64,000 nt of DNA from the NCBI GenBank assembly GCA_019828565.1, contig JAHDYR010000012.1, positions 434,001 to 498,000 on the forward strand. The letters run 5' to 3'. Positions 19,701 through 28,315 of this stretch are shown piece by piece. Origin of the DNA: Carpediemonas membranifera BICM. Its lineage: Eukaryota; Protista; Fornicata. The notes below the pieces were generated by a model, which worked only from the letters and a program-made list of their open reading frames with translations, searched no databases and was not told where the DNA came from. A program made the translations under genes and the position numbers. The number at the start of each line of letters is the position of its first letter. Positions within the stretch are counted from its first letter, which is position 1.

Positions 19701-22700
19701 GTCGGGTCGGTCGAGGTCAGCTCCCAGCTGTTCGACGTGATCGTGTCGGCAATCGTCGTCAGCGCGTTCGACAGACTCGCCGCGATTGCCCAGAACTCCT
19801 TCTTGTCGTGCCGCTGGGTGATGGGGATCACGTCGGGGCGATAGAAGTAGTAGAACTCGTTCTCAGCGTAGGTCATGTCGACGAGGAAGTCGTGCCCTGC
19901 TTGGATAGCCGAGGCGGACTCCATAAGGTAGGCGGGCAGACTTTGCTCCAGCCCGACGGCGGCGAGGCCGGTGGCGTTCATGTGGAGCATGGAGGCGTAC
20001 AGGGTGCCCTTGCCAAGGGCGTAGTTGACGTCGTGGAGGCTGCTAACCGTGCCCATACTCGTCCGCATCGTCTCAGAGACCACGAGGATGCCGACGATGC
20101 TGCCGGTGATCAAGACGACGTTGACGACCGCGGCCGCTAGCAGGAAGCGGATGAACGTGCGGCTGGTGCCGTCGCCCACCACTCCCGCGGCGCTGTAGCC
20201 AGTGGAGGCGGTGCCGTTGCTGAAGCTCGAGCCGGACTCGTCGGAGGAGTTGCTCTTGTTGTCGTCCTCGGCGGCTTCAGTGCGGAGCTGCTGGGCGCGG
20301 GCGTGGTCCTGCATGACGGAGTCGAGGAACAGGATGTACCACTCCCGGACGGCGGGGTTGTCCGGGTAGCGGCGGAAGAGGCGCGTGTAGAGCAGGTTGG
20401 CCTGGTTGGTCGACCCACCAATGGCCCTGGCGTGCTTGATGATGAGCGGCAGGTCGGGGCGACGGCGAAGGAGCAGGGGCCAGAACTTGCTGACCTGGAC
20501 GAGGGTGCGCAGGTGGTGGGACCTGGCCTGGGACAGCTTGCTCTGGACCTCGAGGAAGGACGCCGCGTTGTCCCTGCCGCCGAGGGTGTAGATGTGCTCC
20601 ATCTGCTCGATGTAGCGGCGCATCGCGAACTCTTGCATGGCCTGGTCAAGGCGGGTGCGGGAGAAGCACTCCTCGGAGATGCTCGCCAGCACCGAGGTGG
20701 AAGTCGCGATCGAGGCGGCACCCTTCGTGGAGATGGTCAGCAGCGTCAATCTGAGCGGTGGCGTCAGGTCGTCGCTGTATGCCACGCAGGCGCGTCGGAG
20801 CAGCATGTTGGCTCCGGCGTAGAGGTTGTATTCGATGTCGCGGGTGATGCCGCTGAACCCGAAGAGCTTGCGCTCGTGCCAGACAAGGGGCCTGATGCCG
20901 AGCTCGAGCATGTTGACCGAGATGTTGGCCAAGTCGGGCAGTTTAAGGTTGGTGGCCGGGGCAGAGGCGACGCGGCGGATGCTGGCGGCCCGGCTGCCGC
21001 GCTTGAATACAGCGCGGAGCAGGTTGAAGGGCTTGACGGCGGCGTTCCCGGTCTCCGAGAAGAGAATGGCGAAGACCTTGGCCTCGGCGTACCTGATGCG
21101 GATGTGGAGGACCGCCAGGGGCACGAAAGCCAGGACCAGGAGGGGGAGGCAGAGGGCGAGCAGCACGCCGCTCGTGCCGAATGCGATAGTGTCATCGTAG
21201 CCGAGGAAGAAGGCGACGGCCGACCAAACAGACCCGGCGAACAGGACCAATGAGGTGACCGTCGTCAAGCCGAGCATGACGGCGACAAAGCTCTTCTGGC
21301 GCTGGCCGATGACCCAGATCGTGGTCGCGACGACAAACCCGAAAGACACGATGAGGCTGGCGAGACTGACCCCAACAGCGAACACTCTGGCGGCGATACG
21401 GCTGGAACGGGTCATGGCGCTGTCGTCGAACTCGACGGCACCCATGGCGGCCCCAACGAAGGCGACCGAGATGTGGACTGAGAGGAGAAGCAGCTCGCGG
21501 AGGTGGTGCACGCTGACGAGCGTCGGGGCGAAGGAGAAGGTCACGGTGTGCGAGGCCGAGACGCCGAGGGAGACGAAGAGCAGGAAGAACGCCAGGACAT
21601 CGGGGATGATGTCGGTGAACGTGACGGCGAGCCCGTAGCCGGTCTCCCAGATGTAGATGATGCGGAAGGGCGTGCGGGCGGCGAGGAAGCCCAGGGGGAT
21701 GTTGAGGAAGGTCAGCAGAGCCGTCGTCATGAGGAGGCCCACATAGCGGCCGACTTTGCGGGCTACGTTGAACGTGGTCTCCTGGCCGTTGTAAAGGGCC
21801 AGGAGGACGGTGACAGGGCCGGCCAGCTGGAGCATGACGATGGCGAGGGGTTGGAGCAAGGCGCCCCAGGGAGGAAGGTCGGCAGAGAGCACGGGGGTGA
21901 CGAAGGCCATCAGGACGTCCCGGATGGTCTCCGTCGTGGCGCTCATGGGCGTGGTGACCGAGAAGGCGGCGATGAGGGGAAGGAGGAGGCCGCACGCGAG
22001 GGCGACGACAGAACTGACATACACCCAGCCGGGCACGACGCGGTCGGTCGGCTTCCACCAGAGAGCGTACAGCTTGGCCGCGAGCCCGCTGTTCATGATG
22101 TCGCCGATGGTGTTGCGGCCGATGTTGGTGGCCTTGTCGTCGACAGTCAGGGACTCGAGGCGGGCCGTGCGGCGGGCAGCGTAGTTCTGGCTGGCCTGCT
22201 GGGAGAGGAATGTGCACAGCATGTGGAGGGACTCCCCAAGAAGCTGGACCTGCGCCATCGTCATGCGGCGCGTGCGGCGGAAGGCGCGGACGACGTCGAG
22301 GGGCGGCTGGCCGACGTCGTTGGCGAGCTTGACCATAATCTTGGCGGTCTCGACATTGGGGGTTGAGGTAGCTACGCCGCCGATGAGGAAGGACGCGATG
22401 GCGACCCCGTCGAGTTGGATGACGCTGCCGCCGTCCGTCAGGGCGCCAGTATGACAGAAGCCAAAGGTCGACCGGTCGAACGACATAGACCCGAACGCCT
22501 GGTCCGAGATGGCACAGCGCCTCGCGCCCTCCTCGGTCGCCCGGACGTGATCAGTGCAGAGCGTGCTGAGTCGGGACACCTCGCCGATGATGCTGCCCGT
22601 CGGGGACACGAATGCGCCGCCGCACTGGGCATGCTCGGTGAACTTGTCGAGGACGAGCTGCAGCTTCTCGGGCTCGAAGAGAGTCTCCAAAGATTTGTCG

Positions 22701-22939
22701 GTCTGTGCGATGTTCATCTTCGACGGGTCGTACGAAAGGAATGGAGCGAGCTCCCCAAGGTGTCTCTGAATCATGACGGGCTCCTGAATGAAGCTGAATA
22801 CCTCGTCGAGCACTTCCATGAAATCATGGTGTCGTTGGACGGTGAGAGGAAGGTAATCGAGCTGATCTGCGCGGAGAGGTGGTTTTTCTACTGGGGGAAG
22901 TGGTTCTCTTGCAACAGCAAGAACATCCTCCAAGTCCAT
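16736..22939 (-). CDS. Giant multi-pass membrane protein, TmcB/TmcC (tiny macrocysts)-like
   Basis: 2067-aa ORF with many TM helices and a TPR-like block (FWPLL...YTRLFRRYPDNPAVREWYILFLDSVMQD) followed by a Ser-rich linker, as in TmcB-family proteins. Confidence 0.7.
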   Translation of the reverse strand: MDLEDVLAVAREPLPPVEKPPLRADQLDYLPLTVQRHHDFMEVLDEVFSFIQEPVMIQRHLGELAPFLSYDPSKMNIAQTDKSLETLFEPEKLQLVLDKFTEHAQCGGAFVSPTGSIIGEVSRLSTLCTDHVRATEEGARRCAISDQAFGSMSFDRSTFGFCHTGALTDGGSVIQLDGVAIASFLIGGVATSTPNVETAKIMVKLANDVGQPPLDVVRAFRRTRRMTMAQVQLLGESLHMLCTFLSQQASQNYAARRTARLESLTVDDKATNIGRNTIGDIMNSGLAAKLYALWWKPTDRVVPGWVYVSSVVALACGLLLPLIAAFSVTTPMSATTETIRDVLMAFVTPVLSADLPPWGALLQPLAIVMLQLAGPVTVLLALYNGQETTFNVARKVGRYVGLLMTTALLTFLNIPLGFLAARTPFRIIYIWETGYGLAVTFTDIIPDVLAFFLLFVSLGVSASHTVTFSFAPTLVSVHHLRELLLLSVHISVAFVGAAMGAVEFDDSAMTRSSRIAARVFAVGVSLASLIVSFGFVVATTIWVIGQRQKSFVAVMLGLTTVTSLVLFAGSVWSAVAFFLGYDDTIAFGTSGVLLALCLPLLVLAFVPLAVLHIRIRYAEAKVFAILFSETGNAAVKPFNLLRAVFKRGSRAASIRRVASAPATNLKLPDLANISVNMLELGIRPLVWHERKLFGFSGITRDIEYNLYAGANMLLRRACVAYSDDLTPPLRLTLLTISTKGAASIATSTSVLASISEECFSRTRLDQAMQEFAMRRYIEQMEHIYTLGGRDNAASFLEVQSKLSQARSHHLRTLVQVSKFWPLLLRRRPDLPLIIKHARAIGGSTNQANLLYTRLFRRYPDNPAVREWYILFLDSVMQDHARAQQLRTEAAEDDNKSNSSDESGSSFSNGTASTGYSAAGVVGDGTSRTFIRFLLAAAVVNVVLITGSIVGILVVSETMRTSMGTVSSLHDVNYALGKGTLYASMLHMNATGLAAVGLEQSLPAYLMESASAIQAGHDFLVDMTYAENEFYYFYRPDVIPITQRHDKKEFWAIAASLSNALTTIADTITSNSWELTSTDPTTRFVRAHMAVGMNLDSSVENLKTIQELEQDTIFSLVVGMALILALLFVVQLSITVVLTFWIIFRNFTAEVSTCDVSLTNCLSVSRAQVRRQMRLVGMAKSKFKDIVVADLDEDLQEDLNDDELTEAAIDAKLGVEEDDDGALYEVCYLGARHDDDDEAAAVPSEPKPSTERRVMFTEEAPETKSVDEEITSAFELAGPGSSGSEDKALSDVEDFLPEPPKGTLGMLADLLRLVRNLIKNNRGRHEGGNFHAIWSVLAIAGQLVAIVSIAVFVAFTVTSHNDHDKELEKTIKMLDYATISTVGPAVLDILEPSAFVVSGATDRLDAYIGRRTAASKAFFEVQESIPGILTEDSSIATHDITQDLNYYTDVAVSIAAYGYGYSSDITFMLPVSWNYTGETYYAHDVEEYSRSVWYTNKTSDTTTLAAADQLALAQAILFDDKVAALRMDLFANMLGTSELIPGFISELETNTLETFGVPITMVVVLALAFAPTVLSALIAGERRRAGISKLALVSLGCLVVCLSTMAIDYGVHFYTYQFVRPNEVAKDAAAVNEAFEYALDVMAMLQFAVQRYVFTGVESAFDMVETAVGHHVNSVARINELNVGVNQDDLAAVVAYHDYLYEDMAIALVLAASVHDDALIMMPTVANFTWNSTASTRPIDTTRFTNSTYDLARADADKLAMAQTLALTDRITYKDFVTLNALCLDLYENFRMDAIETLESTDELELTSVVIINAVLLLTMGFVAFLLLPTYTTAALSSQTSKRTQSARQQHVLNRVLRTKFTLAIALLLSVTAGVVLFAAVVIAFFTGIYFIYLFVSTTCSADSRVLMSGSRSIYSYLMPYSNQPAMLELELDTLMETVEDAFSADTLDLIFTGTEPEDLSIRASQYAAKVEQFVRTAPTASSDVRSGTLIPVVRETATIAASIETMFADRYARMSLVLTISEIVSVVGGAALVVVTLIVYMFGLRVLFRQLSRFSRSFKLLQSYLTH

Positions 22940-23214
22940 GGACTGATTCGCTCTTGCAGTTGAGTCTTATCCCATTTTTCCAGACTAAGATATAACTGTT
23001 CATCCTTACCTTATTTGGGCAATTCACAGGCGAAGCTACCGACCATCGTCTCTAGCTCGTCATGCTGGGTCCACGCACGTCTTTTTGGCGACGAAGCTGC
23101 CGGTCCCCACTAAGCTGGACCAGCACCAGCTCACCCGACCCAGAGGCACCAGCTCGGATTTACTCCATCCGACGGCACCACTGTTGCTCACTATGCACTA
23201 TCCATCGCGTTCCG

Positions 23215-24480
23215 TCAGGAGAAGACCGACGCCGCCGTCCCCGTGATGGCCACTTGAAGCGGGCCCCCAGCGGCGAACAGCGCCCGGTGCGTCGGTGCCC
23301 AGCTGAGTGTCATCGTTGCCACGGGCACGTCCACCGTCAGCCACAGTGCGGTGGGGTCGCTGTCATCGACACGGCCCCGGTTTAGCACATGGGGCCCGCC
23401 GACCCTGGTCAGCGTCCGCGTGTCGACAAACGAGACCGACCCAGCCCCACCGCCGACAGTCAGGTACGGCGCGGTGTATGCCATGCTCCGAACTCCCCAT
23501 CCGTGGTCGTGACTCGGGTAAAACTGCACAGTCGTAACGGGGCAGCGGAAGTCGTGGACGGTGACGCCAGTCACACTGCCCACAGCGGAAACAGAGTGAC
23601 TGAGGGCCACGGAGCATATACTATCCACCATATCGGGCATCACGGCGGCCTTCACCGGGATGAACTTGTTGAGGTCCCACAGCCTAACAGTCGTCCCCAT
23701 CTCGGGCGACACCGTCACCACAGATTCCGCCGTCTGCCGCGACACGGCCCTGATCTTGTGGCTGTGCGTGACGTTGTCATAGTGGACGGGCCACGCGTCT
23801 CCGTCTCCGTCTCCGTCTCCGTTGCTGCGGACAGAGGCCTCGTCGGCTGACTCAGGCGAAGTCGAGCCGGCGATCGAGACGACGGACCAGAGCGACCCCG
23901 GCGAGTGTATGTTTCCAATACCCGCCGCTGTATTGGGCATGCCAGGTGAGCCCGGTGGCGAGGCGGGCGAGAAGAGGCCCCTCGTCCCGCCGGGTGACTG
24001 CAGCGGTGGCAAAATGTACACGCGGATGCCGCAGTCTCGACTCCCCGTGACGATGCACTCGTCGGAACACCATGCTGCGCTGAACACCAGGTCTGTTGCC
24101 CCCAGCAGTGTCGCCCGCACCTCGGCCGTGTCGGTCGACCGGGCGGTGAGGCCGGCGGGATGGGACACCGCCACGAGGGAGTGGGACGGGTTGGGCGTGA
24201 CCACGTAGCAGGGGCAGCCCAGGTTCGTCACGACGGTGGGGGCGTAGGATGGTAACTCTACGTGGACTAGCGCGCCGTCCTTCGTGCCGTAGTAGAGCTC
24301 GCTGTCCGACACAAACGATGAAGAGAAGATCTTATCGTGTCTCAGTGAGGGTATCGCCGCGATGTGGTGCTGTGCGAGCGAGGAAAGCCTACGCACCTCC
24401 AATTCTCGCGGGGAAGAGTGTAAGGGTGTAGGATGAGAGTCAATAATAGCGGAATACAAGGCGCTGTGCCGAAAACTCAT
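23215..24480 (-). CDS. DCAF12: DCAF12-like WD40 protein (CUL4-DDB1 substrate receptor)
   Basis: KIFSS...GTKD, GVRSM...LTVGGGAGSVSF and C-terminal LFAAGGPL...GTAASVFS match DCAF12 motifs. Confidence 0.75.
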   Translation of the reverse strand: MSFRHSALYSAIIDSHPTPLHSSPRELEVRRLSSLAQHHIAAIPSLRHDKIFSSSFVSDSELYYGTKDGALVHVELPSYAPTVVTNLGCPCYVVTPNPSHSLVAVSHPAGLTARSTDTAEVRATLLGATDLVFSAAWCSDECIVTGSRDCGIRVYILPPLQSPGGTRGLFSPASPPGSPGMPNTAAGIGNIHSPGSLWSVVSIAGSTSPESADEASVRSNGDGDGDGDAWPVHYDNVTHSHKIRAVSRQTAESVVTVSPEMGTTVRLWDLNKFIPVKAAVMPDMVDSICSVALSHSVSAVGSVTGVTVHDFRCPVTTVQFYPSHDHGWGVRSMAYTAPYLTVGGGAGSVSFVDTRTLTRVGGPHVLNRGRVDDSDPTALWLTVDVPVATMTLSWAPTHRALFAAGGPLQVAITGTAASVFS

Positions 24481-24804
24481 GCCGCAGGCCCTGCTATCGA
24501 TTGGAGCATGTCATACCGTGCTCTCGTAGCAGGTCGAAAATGAACGCCAATGACCAGCTGAACACTCCAGCTGAACCAGTTGGCCCTAGTGGACACGCTC
24601 GTCACACTGCCCGCTGTTCCCATGCTACGCAGTTTATGCCTCGAGCATTGTGGTGTTTAGAGGTTTATGTGGAGGATTCATGTAAAGGTGACTTAAGCTG
24701 TCGACCCCCCTGGGATGAACTCCAGAGGACTGAACAGGTTCAGTCTGACGGCCCACCTGTCGTACACCAGAGTTTAGACGATGTTTACTGGGGGTTCATG
24801 TGAA

Positions 24805-24838
24805 TTTAGACTCAAGTATTCTTATCCCGCGCGGCACA
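24805..24838 (+). repeat. 34-bp imperfect direct repeat, left copy, flanking the Fanzor relic
   Basis: tttagactcaagtattcttatcccgcgcggcaca is 29/34 identical to 26854-26887. Confidence 0.75.
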
Positions 24839-25205
24839 CTACCTCCACTCACCCACTTCAGCCCTCGTCTGTACCATCTGGCTTTCGTGCTTTCAGTCGT
24901 CGGTCTGCACGAAAAGATGCGTCGTCTGTCGTCCATCGTCTGTGTCGAACGCTGCTGTCTTCTTTCGCGTCTGTGCCCGTCTGTTACGCGCTCATCTGTC
25001 GTCCATTGCCGGCGTCTGAAGCTCATGTCGTCGTCGTCTTCGTCATCTTCGTCTGTTGTGAGAGACACTAGTGGTGGAAAGCGGTTGTAGCTGGTAGTAA
25101 AGACGCTTTGTGTTGTATGATGCTGGTTTCTTGTGTTTTGAGAGATGCTGCTAGCTGATGAACCCTGAAAAGAAATGATCGATGCAGGCAGCTCAATAGA
25201 CTCCG

Positions 25206-26656
25206 ATGCCTTCCAAGATATACACAGTGAAGGCTTCCGTTAACAAGGCCATTGGCGAGATTAACGGTGGAGGCGATAACAACGCGCCGCGGTGAGGAAG
25301 AGGAAATTTTGAACCCGGCGTGCGTTCTTTCACGCAGGCTAAGTGCACATTCACTTGCCTGCTTGCGTGCGTCTCTGCATCTGCGCACGCGTTGACCCCA
25401 CCGAGGACGGTCAACCTGTTCGACCAGGAGGTCCTCGCGCAGATCGTCAGCATTGCCAAGGGAAGAGAGTCCAAGGCAAAGGCAGCGGATCGGTGCAGGT
25501 GGATTGGCGACCTGGCGATGTGGAGGGACCCTGACATAACCCCACTCGTCGAGGACTTCAGGGAAGCCTACGTTGGAATTGCATTTCCATTTCAGCGCTG
25601 GTTGGGTGAGTACTCCACAGCCACCCGGGTCTGGCTCTCGCGCGCGTCACCCGGGTACCTGACCCGTCTTCGTGCTGGATTAGAACGGGTGCGTCCGCTC
25701 CTCCATGATCAGCCGGGTGTTCGACAGGATCAGGATGACGCCGACGACCAGGTGGCTGAATACGAGCGTGATCACGGCGACATCACCAAGCTCCGCAGAG
25801 TGCTCTCTGTGAGGACTGACGGGGTCTCTGTTGCTGTGACGGTTTGGGTGGGTCGCGAGAAATACCGTGGCGGTCGGGTGGCTGACCGGCCCACGTACAA
25901 AAAGGGTAGCAGCAACAAGCGGGCTCGGCTCGGTCAGGATGACGCCGAGGCTACTCCTGCCCCGGACATTCAAGCTCTCATGGGCTTCGACCCTGGTGCT
26001 CGGTCGCTGGGCGGCTACACGATCCGCCGCCCAGACGGGCAGAGTGTATCTGGCGTGCTCGCTAAGTGTGGCTACACTGCCACCCCCTCTTTCCGCATGA
26101 ATATGAGCGCAGCATCGTTCAAAACGACAAGTCTAGAGGCTCTCAAACAGTCGATTAGGTTTGTCCATGAGAACATCGTTCAGATCATCAACGAGGGGAC
26201 GAGAAAGTGTTTCCGCCGTGCGACTTTTGCCAATCACTGTCTGCGTCTGAAGCACTTCGCCCGGGCTGGACGTCAACTCCTGGATGATCTCGGCGGGCGC
26301 CCCCGGAGCCCATTCATCTCGAAGTCGCGTATGGGGCTGCACTGTTCGGTTCCGCCAGCACTCCCTCCTGTGCTCCGTACCGCCACTTTGCTCGAGCTCT
26401 CCCTGGCATCATGCTCCGGCACAACGTCGTCGTGAGTGTCGACATGGTCTCGGAATTCCGCACTTCCATCGTGTGCCCATACTGCAAAGCACACTTCAGA
26501 CGTGTGGTGCACACACACCGCATCATGCTCTGCCAGAATCCCGCGTGCGAGGGAGCTCCATGGCGCGTTGAACGGCTACGTCGGCATCCCGAGCAGAGAG
26601 ACATACTTCTCAATCTCTCTCACCAAGATAAGAGCGCCAGCAAGAACATCCTTTGA
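25206..26656 (+). pseudogene. Fanzor1 / TnpB-like RNA-guided nuclease, frameshifted
   Basis: Motifs in order across frames: VRTDGVSVAV, RuvC-I GFDPG, SFKT...FRRATF, VAYGAALF, RuvC-II SEFRTS, zinc finger CPYC...CQNPAC, RuvC-III QDKSASKNIL. One frameshift is in the C run at 26300-26304; further frame breaks lie at the 5' end. Confidence 0.8.
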
Positions 26657-26853
26657 TGCACCTTCGATGCAACTTCAGATCAGATAGAGCAATCTCCTTT
26701 CCACTACGACTCCCAGAGAGGTGCTCTTCCTCACTATCATTAACTTGCTAAGTTGAGCAAGCACGCGCTGCAGCGCGCGTGATATGCTGCGCACGATTGA
26801 TAGAGTATGATGAACCACACTGCGATCCTGATGCTGCTTGGATCACTGCGTGT

Positions 26854-26887
26854 TTTGGACTCAACAATTCTAATCCTGCGCGGCACA
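26854..26887 (+). repeat. 34-bp imperfect direct repeat, right copy, flanking the Fanzor relic
   Basis: tttggactcaacaattctaatcctgcgcggcaca is 29/34 identical to 24805-24838. Confidence 0.75.
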
Positions 26888-26952
26888 AGCATGTCAGGCT
26901 GAATGTTGACTTGACATGGTGTCAAATCCCAGAATCAAGAACCAACCAGCAA

Positions 26953-27585
26953 ATGGAAGAGAACTTCATCACTGACAGCAAGGGGCGCCGCTCCCGTACT
27001 TCTTCGCGTGCGGAACGCATGGATCTCAAGGCCATCGTGTCTTCCAGGCGTTGCTGCCGGGAATTCACATCACAGGCCGTTTTGAATGAGCAGCTGGATC
27101 GCATGCTTGACATGACGCGCTACGCCCCCACCGCCGGTGGCCTGCAGTCCTTTGACGTCGTCGTCGTCCACCGGGAGCAGAGGATCGCCAGCCTGGCCGA
27201 CGCCTGCAAACAGCCCTTCGTCAAGGGCGCCAACGTTGTCCTTGTATTCTGCGCCAACAACGACCGCGCTGCCAAGTACGGCGAGAAGGGCCCCAACTAC
27301 GCCGTCCAGGACACCACGCTCGCCGCGTGCTACGCGATGCTCGCTGCCGAGGACGAGGGCCTCAGCACCGTCTGGGTGGGTGCATTCGACCCCAAGGAGG
27401 TTGCCAACATCATCGGGGCCCCTAGCGGCGTCATTCCGGAGGTGATCATGCCCGTCGGCTTCCCGACCGAGGCCGAGGAGGCCCGCAAGACCGGCCCCGG
27501 TCACCGCACGAAAGACCTGGACGAGCTGGTGCACGACGAGCAGTACGGCGAGCGGATCCTTCACCACGAGCCGCTTGCACACTAG
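26953..27585 (+). CDS. Nitroreductase family flavoprotein (start at 26953 or 27019)
   Basis: SRRCCREF, APTAGGLQ, LAAEDEGLSTVWVG, IMPVGFP. Confidence 0.9.
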   Translation: MEENFITDSKGRRSRTSSRAERMDLKAIVSSRRCCREFTSQAVLNEQLDRMLDMTRYAPTAGGLQSFDVVVVHREQRIASLADACKQPFVKGANVVLVFCANNDRAAKYGEKGPNYAVQDTTLAACYAMLAAEDEGLSTVWVGAFDPKEVANIIGAPSGVIPEVIMPVGFPTEAEEARKTGPGHRTKDLDELVHDEQYGERILHHEPLAH

Positions 27586-27611
27586 AAGTCATAAAGCGTT
27601 CAATGGACAGT

Positions 27612-28006
27612 TTAGCAGTCAATGAGCTCGACGTCGAAGAGGAGGGTCGAGTTGGGAGGGATGATCGGGGGGTAGCCGCCGGGGCCGTACGCCCAGGCGG
27701 GAGGGCAGGTGAGGATAGCGCGCTCGCCCTTGGACATTGCGAGGACGCCCTCGTCCCAGCCCTTGATAACCTGGCCGACGCCGATGGTGAACTTGAAGGG
27801 CTTGTTGCGGTCGCGAGAAGAATCGAACTTGGAGCCGTCAGACTGGAGAGTGCCCTGTGTGAGCTGTTGGGGGAGCGTGGCGGACATACAGTGTACTGTG
27901 TGAGGCAGCGGGACAAGGATGGTCAAACGTGAACAGTCACCTTCTTTCCCTTCTTGGGGAAGTTGGTCTTGTCGCCTTCTTGGAGAATCTTACGAGTAAC
28001 GCCCAT
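27612..28006 (-). CDS. FKBP12: FKBP12-type peptidyl-prolyl isomerase, 108 aa; exons 28006-27929, 27895-27890, 27854-27612
   Basis: Splicing two GT-AG introns (33 and 35 nt) restores the canonical VTVH-YT-GTL...[13 protein letters not shown]...VIKGWDEG...AYG...[13 protein letters not shown]. Confidence 0.95.
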
Positions 28007-28315
28007 TTCTTCTGATGCGAGGTGCACGAAAAAAAACTCGCAGTACTCACGGCCCCTATGGAGGTTGATGCAGGCCGCATAGACAGTGTTAGTGATACCT
28101 GGCGCCTGCTGAACTTTTTGGCCGGAAACGGCCATGATAACGAACACCCAACCCACGAAAATGAAGCCCCATCAGCCGGCATGACAAAGCGCTGGAGACC
28201 ACAGTGGCACATTGACGTTGTCCACCCTCCATCGAGCAGTTTACCCCAGGGTCGAGAAATCTGGATCCTGAGATCCCTCAGCACAGCCACTTCACCAAGG
28301 ACACAAGTAACAGAC

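Noticed and set aside
23796-23822. (CCGTCT)n microsatellite
   Set aside because: Encodes a GDGDGD low-complexity loop in the DCAF12-like protein.
24796-25090. Short ORFs in a TCGTC-rich tract
   Set aside because: Low-complexity sequence inside the putative Fanzor element with no protein signal.
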